64,000 nucleotides of DNA from an uncultured Candidatus Saccharibacteria bacterium. GTDB lineage: Bacteria > Patescibacteriota > Saccharimonadia > Saccharimonadales > UBA10212. Numbering within the stretch: position 1 is the first letter of the stretch; each line of letters begins with the position of its first letter. Below, piece after piece: positions 59,363-64,000 of this stretch. Below the pieces are notes generated by a model. It ran no database searches and was not told the DNA's origin. It saw nothing but the letters and a program-made list of their open reading frames with translations. The position numbers and the translations under genes are program-made. The DNA lies in contig CAZUXR010000002.1 in assembly GCA_964624785.1 (NCBI GenBank), positions 363 to 64,362 on the forward strand, written 5' to 3'.

Positions 59363-61156
59363 ATGGTTAGTTTGGATACCAAAAAAACTCGCAAGAATTT
59401 GCGTAAGCGATTTAAGCATCACCACAAGGGCGCCGTAGAGTTGGGCCAGCAGGCCGACCAGCAGATAGAAAAGTTTTTGATTCGCCGATTTGACCGGCTA
59501 ATGTCTGTGCGGCGTTTTGTAATGTTATGGACAAGCCTGTTTGTTCTGCTTTTATTTTGCGCGGTAATGCAGCTTAAAGCACTTACACCGTATTATCAGC
59601 AACTCAAACCGGTTCCTGGCGGGATTTATAGTGAGGGGATTATAGGCAAATTCAACAACGCCAACCCGCTTTATGCTAGCAGCGCGCCAGATACAGCCGT
59701 AAGCCGCTTAGTATTTTCTGGCCTATTCAAGTTCGATAATAACAACAACCTCTCTGGGGATTTAGCTAGCGATTTCGCTCTAAGTACTTCCCAGACCCGT
59801 TACGTGGTTCACTTAAAAAAGAATATAACTTGGCATGACGGCGCGCAGTTTAAGGCCGACGACGTGGTATTCACCTACCAGACGATTCAAAATCTCGAGG
59901 CCCAGTCGCCGCTTTATGCTAACTGGCAAGGTGTAAAAGTAAGCAAACTAAACGATTATGCCGTAGTTTTTAATCTACCAAACCCACTTAGTTCGTTCCC
60001 GTATTCGCTCACGAATGGGATTTTGCCAGCACATCTTCTTAAAAATACTCCCGCCATCCAACTAAGAAGCGCGCAGTTTAATTCGCAGCCAATTGGTACC
60101 GGTCCGTTTAGGTGGAAGTTTGTGGAACTAAACGGCTCCAACGGTGTTGATCGTCGCCAGCATGTTGCGCTTTCGGCTTTTGAAGGGTATTCGGCAGGCA
60201 AACCAAAACTAGACGGAATTAACATAACAACATTTAAAGACGATCAGCAAATGCTAAGCGCATTCAAAAAAAAGCAGTTAAATGCGATGAGCGGGCTGGA
60301 ATCTTTGCCAGCCGATATGTCTAGCGACAATAGCATACACCCATACACTACTCCGCTAACCAGCGAGGTTATGGCGTTCTTTAATAACTCTCATCCGCCA
60401 CTTAGCGATTTAGCTGTACGCCAGGCTTTGGTTAGTGGCGCAAACCGCTCGCAAATTCCATCGCTTTTGCCCTACCCTGTAAATATAATCGGTTCGCCGC
60501 TGTTACGCGGGCAGCTCGGCTATGATTCCTCGATTATGCAGCCCGCCTATAACCAGGCTGCAGCCACTGCCGCGTTAGACAAAGCGGGTTGGGTGATCGA
60601 TCCGAGTACTGGGCAGCGGGCAAAAGGCGGTCAGCCTTTGCGTATTCTGATGGCTTCGCAAGATACGCAGGAATACACTCTTGTGGCGCATTTTTTGCAA
60701 AAAGAGTGGAGTAAGCTGGGGATAAAACTTGATGTGCAATATTACCCAAGCGACGATCTGCAGTCCCAAATAATCGCCAACCATGATTACGATATTTTGC
60801 TTTACGGAATCAACATTGGCACCGATCCCGACGTCTTCGCGTATTGGGACAGTAAGCAAGCAAGTGTAGGAACATCTGGCCACCTAAACTTGAGCGAGTA
60901 TAAATCAGCAGTGGCTGACCAGGCGCTAGAAGCCGGCCGGACCCGCGCGGATGCCAATCTTCGAGCGGCAAAGTACAAGGCTTTTCTAACTTCGTGGGCA
61001 GCAGATTCACCGGCACTGGCTTTATACCAACCCAATTATTTATACGTTACGCGTGGCAGCGTTTTTAATTACGAGCGCAAAGCAGACAATGTGGCTGCCG
61101 ATAGATTTTATAACGTAAACCAATGGATGGTCCGCCAACGCCACCAAAATTTGTAA
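59363..61156 (+). CDS. ABC transporter substrate-binding protein, family 5 (peptide/nickel type)
   Basis: SBP_bac_5 features (...NITWHDGAQFKADDVVFTYQ...) and an N-terminal TM/signal anchor. ATG 59363 is chosen because the track start at 59171 lies inside the MITE-like element. Confidence 0.8.
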   Translation: MVSLDTKKTRKNLRKRFKHHHKGAVELGQQADQQIEKFLIRRFDRLMSVRRFVMLWTSLFVLLLFCAVMQLKALTPYYQQLKPVPGGIYSEGIIGKFNNANPLYASSAPDTAVSRLVFSGLFKFDNNNNLSGDLASDFALSTSQTRYVVHLKKNITWHDGAQFKADDVVFTYQTIQNLEAQSPLYANWQGVKVSKLNDYAVVFNLPNPLSSFPYSLTNGILPAHLLKNTPAIQLRSAQFNSQPIGTGPFRWKFVELNGSNGVDRRQHVALSAFEGYSAGKPKLDGINITTFKDDQQMLSAFKKKQLNAMSGLESLPADMSSDNSIHPYTTPLTSEVMAFFNNSHPPLSDLAVRQALVSGANRSQIPSLLPYPVNIIGSPLLRGQLGYDSSIMQPAYNQAAATAALDKAGWVIDPSTGQRAKGGQPLRILMASQDTQEYTLVAHFLQKEWSKLGIKLDVQYYPSDDLQSQIIANHDYDILLYGINIGTDPDVFAYWDSKQASVGTSGHLNLSEYKSAVADQALEAGRTRADANLRAAKYKAFLTSWAADSPALALYQPNYLYVTRGSVFNYERKADNVAADRFYNVNQWMVRQRHQNL

Positions 61157-61169
61157 ACAAAGTTATCTT

Positions 61170-61256
61170 TGGTGGGGATGAGAGGACTTGAACCTCCACG
61201 AACAAATGTTCACTACGTCCTGAACGTAGCGCGTCTACCAATTCCGCCACATCCCC
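61170..61256 (-). tRNA. tRNA-Leu (anticodon CAG)
   Basis: Reverse complement: GGGGAUG-UG-GCGG-AAUUGGUAGA-CGCG-CUACG-UUCAGGA-CGUAG-UGAACAUUUGUUCGU-GGAGG-UUCAAGU-CCUCU-CAUCCCC-A-CCA. It has a class II long variable arm, is nearly identical in its arms to E. coli tRNA-Leu(CAG), and encodes its CCA. Confidence 0.9.
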
Positions 61257-61352
61257 GTGCCAATCTAAATAATTGTATCAGATATCCCTAATCAGTGGAC
61301 GAACATGTTATTATGAATAGTAGGAAATCATTAGAGTTATCAGGGGAACAAT

Positions 61353-62984
61353 TTGAGCAAAGTAGCTAATTATTTGCAGGAACACTTGATTGGCGAAGTT
61401 TCGTCTAGCCCAGAGGTACGCAAGCACTTTTCTGGCGATGCCAGTATTCTGCGCCTTGCGCCAGCCATTGTAGTATATCCACGAAACGAAAACGATATTC
61501 GCAAAACCGCCCGCTTTGCCTGGCAGCTGGCAGAACGTGGCAAAGTACTGCCAATTACAGCTCGCGGCGGTGGCAGCGACACATCTGGCGCGGCTATCGG
61601 TAGCGGCATCTTGCTAATATTTACCGCTCACATGAACAAAATCCTTAGCCTTGATTCAAAAAAAGAATTTACAACAGTAGAACCAGGTGTAACATACGAC
61701 AAATTAGAACAAACCTTGCATACTCACGGGCTATTCTTCCCGCCATATCCGGCGTCTAAACATTACGCTACAATCGGTGGCGGCTTAGCCAACAATGCAA
61801 TTGGCGAAAAGTCCGTTAAATACGGCGCTACAGGCGATTACGCTGAACGCTTACGCGTTGTGCTAGCTAACGGCGAGATTATAGAAACTGGCCCGCTAAC
61901 TAAGCGTGAACTCAACAAAAAACTGGGATTAACCACACTAGAAGGTGACATATATCGGGCCGTAGATAAACTCCTAGAAGAAAATGCTGATTTTATCGCG
62001 GAGCAAAAGCGTCGCCACCGCGCTGTTCGCAATGCTGCTGGTTACAATATTTTTGATGTCAAAAAAGGCAAAAGCTTCGACCTCACTCCGTTAATAGTTG
62101 GTTCTCAGGGGAGTTTGGGGATTATTACAGAGGCCACATTAACCGTTCGCGGCTACAATCCAGTTGCCAAACTAGCCATGGCCAGCCTAGAAGACCTTAA
62201 CGACTTACACGAAGTTTTGCCAAAAATCCTTGCTCTAAAACCCAGCATGTTCGACATGGTCAATCGTGCCGTGATCGACCAGGTGAACAAAGTTAATCCT
62301 AACCAGCTTGCTGGGCTACTGGGTAGGCCAAAAGCTGCCGTGCATCTGTTTGTGGAATTCGACGACCACAAAGAACTTACGCAAAAAAAATCCATGAAAC
62401 AGCTCAAAAAGATTATCAGCAAAGCCGGCGGCCACTGCGCAATCGCAGAAAATCCCGAAGATCAAGAAAAAATTCGCAAAGTTAGACAAAGCGTAACTAC
62501 AATTTTGACTCACCAGGTTGGCCAGAGCAAAGCCGTGCCGGTGGCAGAAGACGTTGCCGTGCCAATTGCTAACATGGTGGAATTTTTACATAAAGCCGCT
62601 GAAATTTATGCCGAGCAAGGCCTGGCTTCGCCCGCCTGGGGGCACGCAGGCGACGGAGTGATACGCATGCAGCCTGTTTTGGATCTTGGGCAACTTGGTG
62701 ACCGCCAAAAACTCTTTAAACTGTCAGACTCGATTTACAAGTCTATCATGAAGATGGACGGCAGCTTGTCGGCCAGCGCAGGCGACGGACGGACCAGATC
62801 ACCCTATACGCCGGATTATTACGGCACAGAACTCCACAGTCTAATGATGCAGGTAAAAAAAGCTTTTGATCCGCACGGAATTTTGAATCCAGGAGTAAAA
62901 ACAGCTAGCCTAAGTGATGTAAAAGCCTTGCTGCGCGGTGATTATAGTCAAGCGCACCGTCACGAACACCTTCCGAGAAGCTAG
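61353..62984 (+). CDS. FAD-binding oxidoreductase (PCMH-type; GlcD / D-lactate dehydrogenase-like)
   Basis: An FAD_binding_4 N-terminal region (PAIVVYPRNENDIRK...ARGGGSDTSGAAIG) and a C-terminal FAD-oxidase domain. Confidence 0.8.
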   Translation: MSKVANYLQEHLIGEVSSSPEVRKHFSGDASILRLAPAIVVYPRNENDIRKTARFAWQLAERGKVLPITARGGGSDTSGAAIGSGILLIFTAHMNKILSLDSKKEFTTVEPGVTYDKLEQTLHTHGLFFPPYPASKHYATIGGGLANNAIGEKSVKYGATGDYAERLRVVLANGEIIETGPLTKRELNKKLGLTTLEGDIYRAVDKLLEENADFIAEQKRRHRAVRNAAGYNIFDVKKGKSFDLTPLIVGSQGSLGIITEATLTVRGYNPVAKLAMASLEDLNDLHEVLPKILALKPSMFDMVNRAVIDQVNKVNPNQLAGLLGRPKAAVHLFVEFDDHKELTQKKSMKQLKKIISKAGGHCAIAENPEDQEKIRKVRQSVTTILTHQVGQSKAVPVAEDVAVPIANMVEFLHKAAEIYAEQGLASPAWGHAGDGVIRMQPVLDLGQLGDRQKLFKLSDSIYKSIMKMDGSLSASAGDGRTRSPYTPDYYGTELHSLMMQVKKAFDPHGILNPGVKTASLSDVKALLRGDYSQAHRHEHLPRS

Positions 62985-62991
62985 TTTAGAT

Positions 62992-63513
62992 ATGAGCGGC
63001 GGCGCGGAAAATTTTGATCCTAAACCAACATTCGAAGTTATTGAACAATTGCCAGAATTGGACGGGGAAGAGGCGCTAAAACTCGAACCTGATGCCAGGG
63101 TATGCTACATGCTGACTCGGTGCGAGCCCTTTGCCGATGTTGAATCGATGATTCAGACATTGATGGAGCGGACCGGGCTAGAGGAACCGGTGATTAGCTT
63201 TGCGCTGCGCAGCCTGGCAACCAGTGAGTTAAGAGAAATTCGCTGGGGAGTTGATGACGATGGTGAGCCGGTATTTTCTATAGTCTTAGAAAAGAGATTG
63301 CAGGCATGGTTAGAAGGTAGTATTAAGGAAGTTAAACCAAAACCCGCCGCGCCCAAAGTATCTGATCGTATAAAAAGACTTGCAGCAGAAACGCCTATAC
63401 CAGGATATAAGGGCGAGGTACCTTTGCGCATTCCTTCTGACCACATGCACTATAAACCTGGTGCAATTGGTGGCAAAAAGCAGCGCAAGTACAATCCACC
63501 CCCAGAATATTAA
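62992..63513 (+). CDS. Hypothetical protein
   Basis: ATG 62992 (MSGGAENF...) follows the upstream stop at 62984. No recognised motifs. Confidence 0.4.
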   Translation: MSGGAENFDPKPTFEVIEQLPELDGEEALKLEPDARVCYMLTRCEPFADVESMIQTLMERTGLEEPVISFALRSLATSELREIRWGVDDDGEPVFSIVLEKRLQAWLEGSIKEVKPKPAAPKVSDRIKRLAAETPIPGYKGEVPLRIPSDHMHYKPGAIGGKKQRKYNPPPEY

Positions 63514-63668
63514 AATTTATAGGTTATTAAAAAACATATAGTGACTATTGACAAATTACTCCTCCTCCTCCTCCTCTAGTATTTGTAACTAGCCCTGTGG
63601 GCTGGACCTGATATTTAGTCCAGCTAAGTACCGGAGCAGGAACATATCCTAGCAGGAGGTAGTTACAA

Positions 63669-64000
63669 GTGGCACGACAGCCCAAGAAGTTTGTGCGCGG
63701 ACCTGACAATCGAATGATCGCGGCCGGATCGGATCCTCGCGATTGGAAGCGGCCGATGACGGAGGACGCTGTTCGCGTGCTGGAGTACATCAACGAGCGG
63801 CACGGAGGCTGTCCGTTCACCGCCAACCGCAAGTGGCAGCTGGTGGCGGCGCAGCGTCTGCTGCTCGGTCCCGACTTCGTGGAGGGAGCCGATATGGAGG
63901 TGGTGGAGGAGGCGAAGCGCAAGGCGACGCGCCAGGCGCTGACCGTCCTCTTCGAGAACGGTCGCCTGTACCCCGTGTACAGCAAGACGGTGTCGGTCAC
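63669..64000 (+). CDS. Hypothetical protein (partial, 3' end beyond window) in GC-rich, foreign-looking DNA
   Basis: A strong SD AGGAGGT (63654-60) lies 8 nt before GTG 63669. The frame stays open to the window end with GC-rich codons (VARQPKKFVRGPDNRMIAAGSDPRDWKRPMTEDAVRVLEYINERHGG...). The listed minus ORF 63545..64000 is a high-GC shadow. Confidence 0.45.
   Translation, partial: MARQPKKFVRGPDNRMIAAGSDPRDWKRPMTEDAVRVLEYINERHGGCPFTANRKWQLVAAQRLLLGPDFVEGADMEVVEEAKRKATRQALTVLFENGRLYPVYSKTVSV

Noticed and set aside
59014-59370. 118-aa + ORF and the 59171 start of the SBP ORF
   Set aside because: Both run through the 285-bp MITE-like repeat (59053-59337). The translation is repeat-derived, so the gene start was moved to ATG 59363.
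63545-64000. 151-aa minus-strand ORF at the window end
   Set aside because: It is a high-GC shadow frame. The + strand has a canonical SD plus GTG and a coherent protein-like translation.

Overview
This is a gene-dense bacterial chromosomal segment of roughly 45% GC. Nearly all genes sit on the + strand, many with overlapping (ATGA) junctions, and several have a TATAAT box only 6-12 nt before the start codon, which implies leaderless mRNAs. The gene content suggests a small-genome, Gram-positive-like organism, possibly of the CPR/Saccharibacteria type; that is inference, not established. Supporting this are a compact pyk-pgk-tpiA glycolytic operon, a short AlaRS, a cytoplasmic trehalase, LysM-CHAP and DUF348/G5 wall hydrolases, and many secreted Ser/Thr/Gly-rich proteins.

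Recognisable housekeeping genes, in order: pyk, pgk, tpiA, a PcrA/UvrD helicase, rsmA, two NUDIX genes, uppP, metG, tatD, a cysteine desulfurase, a divergent F1Fo ATPase operon (b-delta-alpha-gamma-beta-epsilon, with no adjacent a/c genes), mnmA, alaS, ruvX, mltG, obg, sbcB, uvrA, rplY, trhO, uvrC, secG, an ABC exporter and an ABC substrate-binding protein.

RNA genes: a tmRNA (ssrA, about 11565-11971) followed by a rho-independent terminator, and a tRNA-Leu(CAG) on the minus strand (61170-61256).

Accessory and unusual content:
- An intact IS1595-family element (36610-38827) with perfect 23-bp TIRs and an 8-bp target-site duplication (CTATTTTT). It carries the transposase plus a 326-aa passenger gene and a small membrane-protein gene, and is inserted 1 bp after the alaS stop codon.
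- A GC-rich (foreign-looking) ORF immediately 3' of ssrA, and a second GC-rich coding segment running off the right end of the window.
- Three small repeat families. One is a REP-like GTGAGGCCAGGCCTCAC palindrome with four copies, two of them inserted in-frame inside uvrA. One is a MITE-like element with two copies (122 and 285 bp) whose terminal inverted repeats have co-varied. One is a 170-bp palindromic element with 20-bp perfect TIRs.
- A five-gene cluster (27790-33496) encoding a paralogous family of secreted beta-rich proteins plus two C-terminally membrane-anchored surface proteins, one with a PKD-like domain. This looks like a candidate cell-surface fibre or adhesion system.
- Two PaaX-like regulator paralogs. 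One is flanked by inverted repeats that contain an AACATATGTT palindrome.
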